A DNA stretch of 64,000 bases, from the NCBI GenBank assembly GCA_038087875.1, contig JAXLNO010000053.1, forward strand, positions 1-64,000. Direction: 5' to 3'. This document shows, in pieces, positions 51,757 through 64,000 of this stretch. Position 1 is the first letter of the stretch, and each line of letters starts with the position of its first letter. The translations under genes and the position numbers were made by a program. Under the pieces are notes generated by a model that worked only from the letters and a program-made list of their open reading frames with translations, was not told the origin of the DNA and did no database searches. The stretch is from Malacoraja senta (taxonomy: Eukaryota).

Positions 51757-53752
51757 TCCTTCCCCCCCCCCCCCCCCCCATGACAGCAAGGATGGTGTAC
51801 ACATTTATATCAGTGTTGGAAAATGTTGAGTAAATGGGTCCAACTCAAATTACTTTAAATGTAAAAATAAATTTGAAATGAAATGAAAGTGACCAACCAG
51901 AATGTGTGGAAAGTAATAATTATTCTGGTCACAGACTCACCAGAAGAAGAAAAAATGAAAATATCATGACTGTCTTATTTTCCAAAATAAAGTTTCCAAT
52001 TGCAGAAGTGACAACAGAAAGATAATTGCTACGATGCAGCAAGGCCAGGGCAATATGTTGATTACAAAGCCATCAGGTTGATTGATTAATGATGGAAATT
52101 AGAGATTAATTTTTTAAAAATCTCCTTCACATTGGCAAACCACGGCCAGTTGGGTGAAGCACCTTCATTCAGTCAGTAGGGCAGCCTTTGGGACTCAATA
52201 TCAAAGTCAACAATTTTGTTTGTTTCAGTATTGCCCTCATTAATCTGATAACTATGAACAGCATTGACCAATGCAAACCTGGTACTTTTGGCAGTTTCCT
52301 GAAATATTTATACTTCTGCATTCCCTTTTATTTAGTTTGGCTTCCTATCAAAACATTTGCGTGATGCAAGAGAACACAGATTTTGTCCATTTATTCAATC
52401 AATTTCTCATCCAGCAGAAAGCCAGGTGTATGTCAACCCAACACCTCAAGAGTCTCCCCAACACCTTCTGTCTTCAATGACAGGATAACTTCTTGAAAAA
52501 TCCACAGTAAATGTTCACACTGTTTGCTTCCAATTCATCCTTAGTAACAAATATGATATTGTGAAGACTGGACAATTCTTTAAAAAAAATAGAATAAAGG
52601 ACATGTAAAACCAAAATTTCCAACTTAAAAAAAACATTCTATTTGAAATGCACAACTGCATTTACATACCAAACATGAAATTAGCTTGTCTTAGAATTTA
52701 CGAGTAATTGTGCCTATTTCCTTTGCTCCATAGATGCTGCCTCACCCGCTGAGTTTCTCCAGCATTTATGTCTACCTTCGATTTTCCAGCATCTGCAGTT
52801 CCTTCTTAAACATTTTGTCTACTCCACTGCGAAATCTCCTCAAGGTATGCCTACTTTGAAGAAGTTCTCCTCCTCTCTCCGAAGACAGTTTAACAACCTC
52901 CTGTCACTGCCCCCCCCCCCACCTCTGTAATTCCCCCTTCCCTCCAACACTACGACCATAAAAATAAAAAAGATGCTTACCTTATTGATTAGATAGTTCA
53001 TTCAGTAACATATTTCTCAATAAAAAGGAACATTTTAAAATCTGATAAATAAACTAGTTCAAATTTATTATTTTGTAATCCATGCTATCTTTTCTGGTGA
53101 TAACTGCTTGCAAGGCTAATAATTCCAAAAATGTTAAAGCATGTCTCTTACTGCAAGGCTGCTCTGGACTGCAACCAAATTCATAGAAATATTATTTTCC
53201 TGTCCATGTTACATTATTACTGAGCAAACTAGACTGAGCAAAGTTTTCATTGAGTTGCAAGAACAAAATGCAAAGCAATAGTTTAATTACACTAATGGTT
53301 TGGAGATGTTAAATCTAAACTCGATAACTTAAATTGATGAATTTAATCCCATACTGTGACTGCATACGAGTTACCACAAACTGATTTTATACACCAAATA
53401 TCTTTGATTAACACATTTTGCAACAGCAAAGTATACATTAATTTCAAATCCAGTAAGTTAAATGATGAGTAAACAAGAAAACAACTATTATCATTGCTGT
53501 AATGGAGGAAATAAAGTTCATAAAGGAGCATTTCAGTAAGTAAAATATAGCTAAAGTTTTAAAGAGACAAAAAGATGAAAACTTCCACTGAAACAAAAAC
53601 AAATTATAACTAAGATCTTACTGAATAACAGAATGCTTGAAAACATTAAAGGCCTACTTCTGCTCAATGTTGCAATATCACAAATTACACCGACAATGGT
53701 GAATTTTGCAGCATTCAATATTTCACAATTGATTTAATACTACATCATTTAC

Positions 53753-54630
53753 CTGTATTCCCGAGCTTCATCGAATCGCCTGGTTGGACCAGCACGTTGT
53801 GGTGCTGTTTCCATGAGCAATTTCTGTGTAAGCCTATTTACAGTAGCCAAATCTCTCCCTTTTTGTTCATCTGTGTCTTGGTCACATTTCCATTCCTCGT
53901 CCTCATTCAAAGTAGGTAAATATCCTAATAATGCTTTTCCTGTCCCAGATCCCGAGCTCTGATCGCTAAATAACTTTGGACTTTCGCCACCTGTCCTTGT
54001 ATATTCCAAATAAATATCAGACTTCAGGAATACAGGGTAGGTGTTCTCCTCCATCATTGTCTGAATTTCAGTTTGTGCCTGGTCAAACATAGCAGGGTCT
54101 ATCTGTTGCTTCATAACACAATCCTTTATGAAACATTTTGTGGCTGGCTTGATCTGCCTAGATACAATACCATTGTTGTCCAAAATGTATTTCTTGTATA
54201 TGGCTTTTGCCAATTTAAGCCTCTTTTCTTCATTAGAATCATTAGGTTCCAGTTTCCTGAATCCACTGCATGCAAACCAAAAATCCAGCAGGTCCACACA
54301 GTCTTCTTGTTTTAAGAAAGTCCTGAATAAATTTATTCCATCCTGATCATCCAGCAAAGAGTGTAATGACTCAGCCCATTTCAGGTACGGGGGTGTTGGT
54401 GAAGCACTCCCCTCCGGTTCATAACCCAAATCCAAATCTGGTCTCCGTGGGGTTGCTGTGGAAGCCTCACTTTTAAGCCCATCATTTTTTATGGGGTAGA
54501 AACAGTGGTTTAATTGCCTACTGTCTGTGGATGCCAGCTCGCCCTCTTCACCTGGGACAGGTGGCCTTGGTGCATCTTCTGTGAAGCTTCCCCCTAGGTC
54601 TGCCAAATATGCTTTTCCTCTTGCACTCAT
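53753..54630 (-). CDS. AXIN1: Axin-1, first coding exon (878 nt CDS: tankyrase-binding motifs, RGS domain)
   Basis: Translation [31 protein letters not shown]...[37 protein letters not shown]...LDFWFAC...[16 protein letters not shown] matches the vertebrate Axin1 N-terminus (Axin1-type rather than Axin2-type). ATG at 54630; ends in phase 2 at a CAG|gtaaat donor (53753/53752). Confidence 0.97.
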
Positions 54631-54734
54631 TTTTGTAGCAACCACATACACAGCACCAAATCCAGTGCAATCACAATTCTTCGCAAGGTCAAATATTCAA
54701 GCAGAAAACAATTATCGGTAGTATTGTATTCTTC
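54631..54734 (-). other. AXIN1: 5'UTR part of the AXIN1 first coding exon
   Basis: Pyrimidine-rich acceptor ctttttgtctttgattacag| at 54735/54734, 104 nt upstream of the ATG. Confidence 0.75.
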
Positions 54735-55350
54735 CTGTAATCAAAGACAAAAAGTTAAATTCTGCAATTTTAAAACAGTGAATATAATGTGCTTTAATTC
54801 AAAGCTATTGTAGACCAGGAGGAAATTACTTAAGGTATAAATCACAGCATTAGGCTAAAATATTATTTTCCGATCCCCTATCCCCCATAACAAAATGAAC
54901 AAATGAAAACAAGGGATGAGGGTCCATCATCTACTATGTCATTTCAACATCACCTCACCCCTTTCTTTAAAATTAATATCCTATTATTGAATTACAAGCA
55001 AACATTACTTCAATTGAAAAATACTTTGCACTCTGAAAGATGAAACTTCTGATAATTCGATAAAGCTTACACTTAACATTACCAATTATCCCTAAAAAAG
55101 AATAGCACAAATTATCAATGTTAAAGCAAGATATTTTCCAATTTTGCATTGAAATACTATAAAAGGTGCAAAGAACAGCTAATGAATTGTAAATTGGCAA
55201 TGTTAAATTATATTGTCCCAGGAGAGTCAGACTACATATACAACTGATCCAACCCTTAGTCTAGGGAGGTATTATTAAGTTTCGGTTCTTTTGGTTGAAA
55301 CATAGTTTGAGAAACTGCAGCAATATTTAAGTCAGATATTTCTGGCAGAA

Positions 55351-55485
55351 CGTGTAGGAAAGAACTACAGATGCTGGTTTAAATCAAAGGTAGACACAAA
55401 ATGCTAGAGTAACTCAGCAGGACAGGCAGCATCTCTGGAGAGAATGGATGGGTGTCGTTTCGGGTCCAGACCCTTCTTCAGACAT
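55351..55485 (-). mobile_element. Short Penelope pLTR-derived element, 8-bp TSD
   Basis: TGGCAGAA at 55343-55350 and 55486-55493. Confidence 0.8.
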
Positions 55486-58400
55486 TGGCAGAAACTTTCA
55501 TTTATCAATGAACAAAGTACAATTTACTACAATTTAGTAAAAGTTAAAAAAAATCAATCCAATGTGCTTTGCTTCACACACGCATTATAAAATAGTGGAT
55601 ACAAACTGTTTCAGAAGACCAAGGTGTAAAATTTCAAAAATGCCATTAAAGCCTGATTTATCAGGTGCATATTTAAAAATCTATTAGATTAAGAAACAGA
55701 GGGGGGTGATATTCTCCTCAACTCTAGCAACATTAATTGTTCAACCACGATCAGTAAAACAAAATTTATCACACAATTCACTTGAGCCACAGGAGGCTAC
55801 AGAAGCAGATACTATAACACCTTTGAAAAGATTTTGGACCGATATGTGGATAGGAAGGGTTCAGAGAGATGTCGGTCAAATGCTGGCAAATGCAACTGGC
55901 CCAGAATGCAAACTTGGTTGGCATGGATAAGTTGCGTTGAGGGGCTTGTTTCCATGCTGCACAGATCTGATTCACTGCAGTTCCTCCATTCTAACTATAT
56001 ATAACTTGAATGCCAGGAACGAAGGTTACAAAAAACGATGAACACTGCCCAATCCATCACAGGTACTGGCCTCTCCACCGAAGGGATCTAGAAGAGCGGT
56101 GTTTCAAAAAGCAACCAATATCATTAGTCACACACCACTTTGGTCAAGCTCTCAAGACGGTTATATAGGAGCCTGAAAACAGTAACGTCCAGGTTCAGGA
56201 GCAGCCGAGCAACCATCAGCCTATTAAATACTAGGAACTCCAACTAAACTGAGCTATGAATTGCCTGGGTTGCACTAGAATGTTCAGGCTTTGTTTTGTA
56301 CTACATTTGATTTCTTTAAATTTATTGAAGTTGTTTTTCTGTTTATATTATCTATTGAATACCACGTTTACAAATCTGTGGGCTGCTACCCCAAGTAAGA
56401 ATTTCATTGTTCTGTTGCAGAGCATATGATAGCAAAACGTTTGACTCTTGATTATATGCAAATTGCAGCTTAATTACTCCCATTACAATTATGACTACAC
56501 CTGAAAAATGATAAGGCCCAACGTACATTGACATATGGTATTACAGGAGGTGTCGGCTTATTGATCAAATTCTCTTTAAGCATTTTTCTCCAATGGAAGA
56601 TATTGCTTGCAATTTTTTGAAAGCTATGGTCTGTCAGTATTTTAAATCACAACTCAAAATTTCAATGCACAATGATCCAAATCTATTCACATGACAAATA
56701 TGATCAAAAATGATTGCTTCTATCCTTTGTACCTTGTTACCTTCTATCACAATTTTCACCTATAGATGAACTGACAATAATTTAATTTTAATTTCATGGT
56801 CGTCACACCCAATAACATTAAGGCATTATAGATAACTATAAATTCAGCATAATGAAAAATCCTACCTTTGATGAAAATGTAAACCTATCATTTGATTTGT
56901 TAAATTTCTTAGGGCGACTAGAATACTTCTCGGCTCCATCATCCATTAAAAAAAGATTTTCAACAGTATAAATCAGTGGTTGCTGCGTAACATCCACAGA
57001 AATAGAAATCCAAACTGTCAGCCAATGTCCCATTTACTCATAAATGACATCCCCCCCAGCAGATTTGCTACTTGCTAAAGTGATACCCATTCTGTTCAAA
57101 CTCTAAACATTGTTTACACTTCCCTGTACTCAGAACTATACATCAACCCTCAACATTAGATGCCAAATGATTATTTCTCCTGCTATTTCTGTATACATTT
57201 GCTTTGCTGATTGCAAGAACTTGCCACGTGCAAAATGACTACTGCAATTCCTTTATCACAAAATTGTGAAAGGTACCAAATAAACCCCAATGGAGAGCTC
57301 TTTTAAGACTGAAATTGTCTCCAAAGATGACAGAATTGCAAATCAAAATTTCCTAAAAGCTGGCTGTCATTTCAACTCAAACGAAACCAGTGTTTAATGT
57401 ATAATGGAATCAAAGACTAAATGGAACATTAAGCAACATAAATGTACAACATTAATGAACACCTTACAATACATAACGGGATCTCTTTAGGGAAGCAAAA
57501 GACATCCAATGAAAATGAGAGAACCATAAGTATAATGAGCGGCTGTAACATTCTGCCTCCTACAAGTGTGGAGGTGCATCTCAGATGAAAGCCCCAAAAT
57601 TTTGCTGGGAAATCCCACCCCAGGCACCTCACAATCAGTTTGATAATCTAAAGTAAACTTTGCAATTGTGATGACATAACACAATACTTTTTGCAAAGGT
57701 GTCAATCCCGTTAATCTCAAATTAAACTGTGGGCACAGACTTGAATTAGTGCAAATTTCCAACAAAATACAATTCAAATTTGATGTGCATTTCTGCAGAA
57801 TTAATTTATCTGATTAAAGATGTTGCATTGTGCTAATTGGGAAGACCTGAATATCAGGATTTAAAAAAAAACAATCTACATTAGATCTTAGAGTGGCCTA
57901 CTTTTCAATGATGCACTCCATGGGGGAACCAACTGCTGATAAATATATTCATTTTCTGTTTTTTAAATCCTGCTTGAAAAAAAAAATGTTGTGTTGCAGA
58001 ATGAAACCATGGAAAAAATTAAACACCCATCACGGCTCAAAAAAATCCAGATATATTTAGGCAATATTTAAAATTAAAGAGTCATTAAAATAGACCCAAA
58101 AAACCCGATTCCACTGGCATATACCAAATATAAAAATAATCAAACGATACTCTTTCCTCGCAGGCATCGACCTTCATTTAAAAGCAGCCTCCCCGTTTGA
58201 TGTTTTGAAACCACCTACAATCGCTGTTTAATCTGCTGCAATGTTTAAGCTATTATTCCTTAGATACTTTTACTACTGAATCCTTTCCTGAAGGGCAAAT
58301 CTTTATTCGTCCACCTTCAAACTATAGTTACATAGATATATCTAAACGTGCTAGTTGCAGCGATTGCAGATCAGGTTGGAAAAGAATCGCTATACCTTGC

Positions 58401-61211
58401 ACTTGCGAGATGTTTGTGCACAAGTCCTCTCGATCTGACTGATGCATCTGCAGCCCGCATCACATTCATTTCTTGGCCTCTCGAACAACGTGGGGGGATG
58501 GGAAAGTGCAAACGAGACCCCTTTTAGCTACTTGTTCTCGTTTGTTTCTAATAGAAACGGTCCAAGCTCCCCGTTTTAAACACGCTACATCTTGTACGAC
58601 TTTCTAATATCGAATATCATAGCGTTAACCAATCTACGAAAGATCTCGCTAGAAACAAATCTCATCTAAACTTGATCTAGAAATGATTGGCATAAAATCC
58701 AAGTACGATTCAACTCACCCTTTGCACATTTTCAGGCACAGCTACCTCACACTGCAATTAAACACGCTCCTGGCTTCGCGACCTACCTTTAAAAATCTGT
58801 GCTCAGCTGACGTGTGCATCGGAGATGTTTAAAGTCCAAACGCCCAAATATTAATAACAACAAGAAAATATTTAAACACTTTCTTTGTTATTTTCAATCT
58901 CTCGCACACTCAGGAGACATACACATTCCCTGGCCCCCTCTAAGACGGTCCAGAGAGCGCCCCCTGCCTTAGTACAGATACTGCATGGAGTTCACCAAAC
59001 ATCCAGATACGTACATCGTACATACCGAAAATCCTTTGGCCTAATCCACTAATTGTACCCGGAAAAAAAAATCTAAAGATTATAAATTCAACTTTTTCTG
59101 TTGATCGTGATACGTATTTAGAACAAAGCAAAGTCTCAATGCTCCCGCGAATGTCAATCACGTTTAGCAGAATGCCTTTGTATTCCACACGATGTCATTC
59201 TCGCAATCAAACCTATTTGCGCAAAAAAATGATTTAAATACTAGACAGGGTTAAAACACAAAACATTTATATTCCCAAAGAAAACAGGTATGGATCATGG
59301 GTAGATACAAATAATTTCCCATCGCCATGCCAAATGCTACGTTGTATAAACTGGGGTTTACACCAACTCACTCTAGGGGAAGTAACAATATTTATTTACC
59401 AAAATTGCAACATCCGAACTGCATTGGATTTGAGATTTTCATGTTGGTATACCATAATACAATTATCAAGGGCGCAAGGCATTCAGAATCTGTAAGAAAG
59501 TCAAATCCCGGATTGCAAAACAACTTAAAAGGTCTTCGTGTGTAATTATATCTGATTAGAAATAGTGAACATGTGTTAAAATCTCTTAACTACCGAATAA
59601 AAATTGCAGTTATCTCTAAATACCATCAGCAGTCCTCAGATGTTTTATCGTTCATGTCACTGGAGCATTTTTACACACATTGGTACATTATCCTTTAAAC
59701 AATCAGTACTTTGAACCAATTAGTACCATCCAAACATAAAGTATCCCTCTTCAGAATTAATTACAATATGGGTGAGCACATGCAATATTTAATTTAACCC
59801 CTTACATATTTACACGCGATTCAAGTTACCCCTTCTAGCGTGGGTATTAATGCATTCTGTACAAAAACCTTACTCAAAGGCAAAATGTTCCAGATATTTG
59901 ATTTTCATACCCTAAACTTGTCCACTTCATCCTCTGTAGTAAATTGTCAGAAATATATATTTTTGAACAATTGAATTAAGAACTCAAGGTACCTCATTTT
60001 AATTTGTCTATGTTCATGGAGCTGTAATGATTTCTGGATCGACTTGTTAGGCAAAGGAGTAGTTTATATTCGAAGTTCAAAGGTCAGCCAAGGTCAAATG
60101 TCCTACTAATGCTTAAACCACACCAAAAAATCAAATCGTAACTACACCTTGTTCGCAACAGGTTCAATTCTTAATACTTCCAGTACTCGCCTGTCAGTGA
60201 AATAATTGTATTGAACTACTTGATTACAAATGAAATATCTTTAGCAAACTATTTTCCTTAAAAAAATGTTAAGCTTCCACCCCCCCCCCCCCCGAAAATG
60301 GTCCAAACAGACGTCGGGTGGAGGGAGGGTTTGAGAGAAGGAAAGCCAATGTTTTGAATACATACAAAATTGTAATTAAAATGTTTTGATGAGGAACCTA
60401 AAATATAGGCAATATGCAGACTGATCAGTGCAAAAAAACCCCAACTAGAGCACCTGCCAAAACTGCCGTTGAAATGCTAAAATATACAGGTCAATGGTTT
60501 TATGTTTAGTTGTCAACGAAGAGTAACGTTAAGACCAATGAACAAACGCCGAAGCACCACTTTTGTGTTCAGCTAATGTTTTTGTATGCAATGTAACAGC
60601 TAATTCAGCTCAGGAACGCGAACAGATGTCACTACTATTTGGACCAACAACTGTGAAGTTGGGCAAAGTTTCCAGCCATTAAATAACTGGATTATTTGCC
60701 GTTCGCCTTCCAAAACCCCCAATATTTCCTTTATGGAAGAACTGCCGCTTCCCTCTTTTGTTGCTATAAAGTAGAAAGATCTGGCATATGGCGCAAGATT
60801 GCTCGTCAGGAAAAAAAAGTGCATTACAAACCAGATTCGTGTAAACCGATCAAGAAAGTTGCAAGTCCCTGATTTTTCTCCCCAACAAAGTGCAAGTCTC
60901 AAAATGATCTGCCCATCAAAGTGTACGTCTCAAAATGCTCTCCCCAAAGTGCAAGTGCCAAAATGTTCTCCCCAGTAAAGTGCAAGTCCCAAATATTTCT
61001 CCAAAGTGCAAATCCAAGACTTTTCAGCAGTATAACTACTTTTGCAGTTGCTTTAACCTCACCTCCCTCCCTCCACCCCACGCCGCCACCAAAAAATAGT
61101 TTGCCGCAGAGTGGCTGAGCCACTTTCACAGCTCCTCTCCCTTCTATGTTTTCTCTCTCACACGCACGTACATAGACAAACACAAACACACACAGAAAGG
61201 GTCGGATTTAC

Positions 61212-61820
61212 CTGTTCACTCTCACCCTCCCCGTCCTACACATGTACGGCGGCGAGCAGCAGCAACTCCTCGATCCAGCCGAATCTGTTGCAAAGTTTCT
61301 TCCAGGACGACGATCCGCCGCGACGGCCGGGTAGAAACGGCGGCGTCGGCCGCCTCCGCCCCGGCTCTTGCATGATACTTAGTGTACAGATATATATTTA
61401 TATTTTATCAAACACCCTCTCCCCCCTCCCCCCCCTCCTCGATTAACTAAAAAAATGAACAAAAGACCCGAGCAGATTTTTTTCTAAAACACCCTCCCGG
61501 GAACGGCATTAATCTTGAAGAAGAGGGTTGTTGTTTTTTTGATGGGGGGGGGGGTGGGTGGGGGTTGAGAGCTTTTTTTCCCCTTTGCCTGGAGCTGAGG
61601 AGAAATGTCGACGCCTCTGACTCCCGTTGCCGTTGCCGCCCGCCCGCCCGCTCGCGACTAACCGCCTCCAACGATTTAACTCGAAGCCCCTGCACCGCGA
61701 GCCGACATCAAAGCGCGCCGCCGCCGCCGCCAGCAGCACCAGGTCCTGGCAGCTCACCGCACACCTCACTCACTACTTCCCTTTCCCTCCTCTCTCTGCT
61801 TCCCCCCATGCTCCAGGGGA

Positions 61821-61851
<31 letters not shown>

Positions 61852-62030
61852 TCACACAGGCGCCTATATTCCAGCAGCAGCCGAAAAAGGGGTGAAGCGG
61901 AAGAGAAGTTTCCCTCCTCTATCCACTCTCCCTCCTCCCCGAATAAAATTCCATCTGTTCATCAGGTCGGACCTCATCAAAGCATTCTCTCACTGAAAGC
62001 GCTCGGCGACCCATTACCTCATCGACGCCC
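61212..62030 (-). other. AXIN1: Candidate non-coding first exon region of AXIN1 (boundaries uncertain)
   Basis: CpG/GCC-rich region just downstream of the promoter motifs. Several possible donors: CAG|gtaaat (61212), GG|gtgaga (61226), GCG|gtgagc (61758), GAG|gtaatg (62018). Confidence 0.45.
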
Positions 62031-62230
62031 TGCGGTTCCCAGGTTGCTGATTGGCCGGTCGGGGTGGAGGGGCATGCTGGGAGATGTAGTTCCCGATGAA
62101 TGTTGTTCACGACGTAGGGAGGGGGCGGAGGAACGGGCGGGGGGAGGGCGAGCGAAAGGTTCCAGCGAGCATTGCGAGATGGGCGCAAGCGCATTGAAAC
62201 GGCGGCGTCTGGAGGAGAGTTGGCATAGTT
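61240..62230. promoter_or_regulatory. CpG island / AXIN1 promoter
   Basis: Dense CpG and GCC runs; CCAAT box (minus strand, 62050-62054); GC boxes at 62121-62130 and 62135-62143; lies 5' of the coding exon. Confidence 0.8.
62070..62094 (-). promoter_or_regulatory. Extended ZNF143/THAP11-type SBS motif
   Basis: Minus strand reads GGGAACTACATCTCCCAGCATGCCC, matching the ACTACAnnTCCCAGnATGC promoter motif. Confidence 0.8.
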
Positions 62231-62979
62231 GATCTTGGAGCCCAGGTAGTGATTATGTTGGATTTAGCCGGCTCACTCCCTCCCCCCCCCCCTTCCCCCA
62301 AGAGCATACATACCCTCCGCCCAGGTTGAACGTTTGACTCTAGGTAATTATAAACTACTAGAAAGAATAATAGAGATAATATATATAATGTGATAATATG
62401 AGAACGGCCCAGGCCCATCCACCGGCGCACATTCCTTTCCAACAATATAAAGGCAATATTTCTCCTCCCCGTTTTGGCAGGCTTAGGTTAATTATTATCA
62501 CGTGTACCGAGGTGCAGAGAAAAGTTTTGTTTTGCGTGCTAGCCAATGAAATCAGATAATACCATTCAGCGATACAATCATGCCAAACACAAGTAGGGCG
62601 AAATAAAAGAAAAGATAGAGTGCAAAATATAGTTCTCAGCAACAAAGTCCAATGTCAGGCAATGCGGATAGAGGTGAATCGGACACCACCCTAGCTTATG
62701 CTACCCTTAAAATTCTTTCAGCTCCGCAGTCATTTTCCCCAATCTCCTGGAGATCTGTCCTCAACTCTTGACTTTGATTGCTCTACACAGCATGCTTACA
62801 CCTCCTGTCCAAGGTCCACAAGCAGACCCGTTGTTTCCACTCCCGCTCCACTGAACTTATTTCCTCTTGTCTTCTTTTCTTCAGTGCTGTCCCACTTATA
62901 TCTGTAAACATCTGATACCTTCTTCCAATTCCTTGGTCCCAAATGGCCTATCCAAGGAACTTTAAATATTGGAATTGTG

Positions 62980-63650
62980 AGTGAAACGCAAAGTACTGGA
63001 GTAACTCAGTGTTGGTGTAATCAACTCAGCAGTAATCTCTGGAGGGAATGGGCACACTATTTTGAGTCAGAACCCATCTTCTGGTCTACCTTAATCATGG
63101 ACATCCAGTTCCTATAGTCCTCCTTCTCACACCGTCCGCCTCTTCTGTGTACAGAAACCTCATCAGTTCTCCACCAATGCAATTATTTGCCTGATCATGC
63201 TTTGAATAACTTCTTCAACTCCTCCCACTTTCACCAATCAAAGGTGTCTCTATGGAAACTTGCGTAGGCCCATATAACCATTCCTCTTTGTGGATTACAT
63301 GGAATGGCTTTTGTTTTGGTTCTTGAGCACCCTATCTCAACTAATTTTTCAGTATATCCTGTTCTCCTGCAGAATGCAAAATTTCATTATTTTGCTACAA
63401 ATTTCCACCCAGCTCTGACCTTCTCATGGTCGTTCTCTGCCTTTTCCTTCTCTTTCCGAATCTCTATCTCCATCGTGGGGAATAAGCTAACAACTAAGAT
63501 CCACTACAAACCTGCAGACTCTCACAGCTATCTCAAGAAGTGTCCTGACCTAAAATGGTGTCTGTCATTTCTCTCCATAAATGCTGCCTGATCAGCTGAG
63601 TTCCTTCAGCTCTTTGTATTTTATGAATGATTCCAGCATCTGCAGTGACT
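62980..63650 (+). mobile_element. Degenerate Penelope-like fragment with inverted and direct pLTR pieces
   Basis: IHYKPADSHSYL peptide; similarity to 18870-19200; pLTR-like blocks at 62986-63085 (-) and 63535-63648 (+). Confidence 0.65.
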
Positions 63651-63792
63651 TGTATCCTGCAACTATGTTATCTACTGTTTGTGCTACCCTGATTCCTGCA
63701 TGGATTCTACTCTGAATCACCCGGGATAATTGGGTTAACATATGATGAGCATTTGACGGCACAGGGCCTTCACTCACTGGAGGTCAGAAGGA

Positions 63793-63886
63793 TAGAAACA
63801 TAGAAAATAGGTGCAGGAGTAGGCCATTCAGCCCTTCGAGCCTGCACTGCCATTCAATATGATCATGGCTGATCATCCAACTCAGT
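63793..63886 (-). mobile_element. CR1 3' tail fragment interrupted by the ribozyme SINE
   Basis: Matches 13998-14091. Confidence 0.8.
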
Positions 63887-63940
63887 GGGGTGGGAGATTG
63901 CAACCTTCACGTGGTCCGCCCTGTTTCGACAAATGCAATC
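63887..63940 (+). ncRNA. Minimal HDV-like (CPEB3-type) self-cleaving ribozyme motif, copy 2
   Basis: P1 GGGGUGG/CCGCCCU (G1-U wobble), P2 GAUUGCA/UGCAAUC, P3 ACC/GGU, L3 UUCACGU, GU after P1, UUCG stub in place of P4, J4/2 C(63930)AAA. Confidence 0.8.
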
Positions 63941-64000
63941 AACCCGGCGTGCAAAATCAAATAAGATCAAATAGAACAAGTTGTCCGACAACTTTAGGCT
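63887..64000 (+). mobile_element. Ribozyme-headed SINE-like element (runs off the window end)
   Basis: Second copy. It interrupts a CR1 3' fragment directly after ccaactcagt; the sister CR1 copies near 14080 and 44910 continue with atcc. Confidence 0.8.

Noticed and set aside
54631..54651. ORF-track N-terminal extension MYVVATK
   Set aside because: Starts at GTG; the ATG at 54630 matches the known Axin1 N-terminus position and has good Kozak context
60885..61010. Cluster of GCACTTT (miR-17-type seed matches) on the sense strand
   Set aside because: Located in putative intron 1, not a 3'UTR; explained by the tandem repeat

Overview
Eukaryotic (vertebrate) genomic DNA, most likely from a cartilaginous fish such as a skate or ray (inferred from the repeat landscape, not established). 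The only host gene is AXIN1 on the minus strand: a CpG-island promoter near 62 kb, the large first coding exon (53753-54630; tankyrase-binding motifs and RGS domain) and the next 141-nt exon (21495-21635). The following exon was not found in the window. The rest is intron rich in mobile elements: L1, L2, CR1, Rex1/Babar and Penelope retroelement fragments, a Tc1 IR-DR transposon, hAT and PIF/Harbinger MITEs, V-SINE fragments, and two stacks of non-autonomous Helitrons. Three observations stand out. (1) A ~150-bp SINE-like element (2 copies) starts exactly at a complete 54-nt minimal HDV/CPEB3-like ribozyme fold and ends in a (GAA)n tail. (2) Short TSD-flanked Penelope pLTR-derived elements carry minimal hammerhead-like motifs. 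(3) Helitrons appear to have inserted repeatedly into the 5' TCTATA end of other Helitrons.
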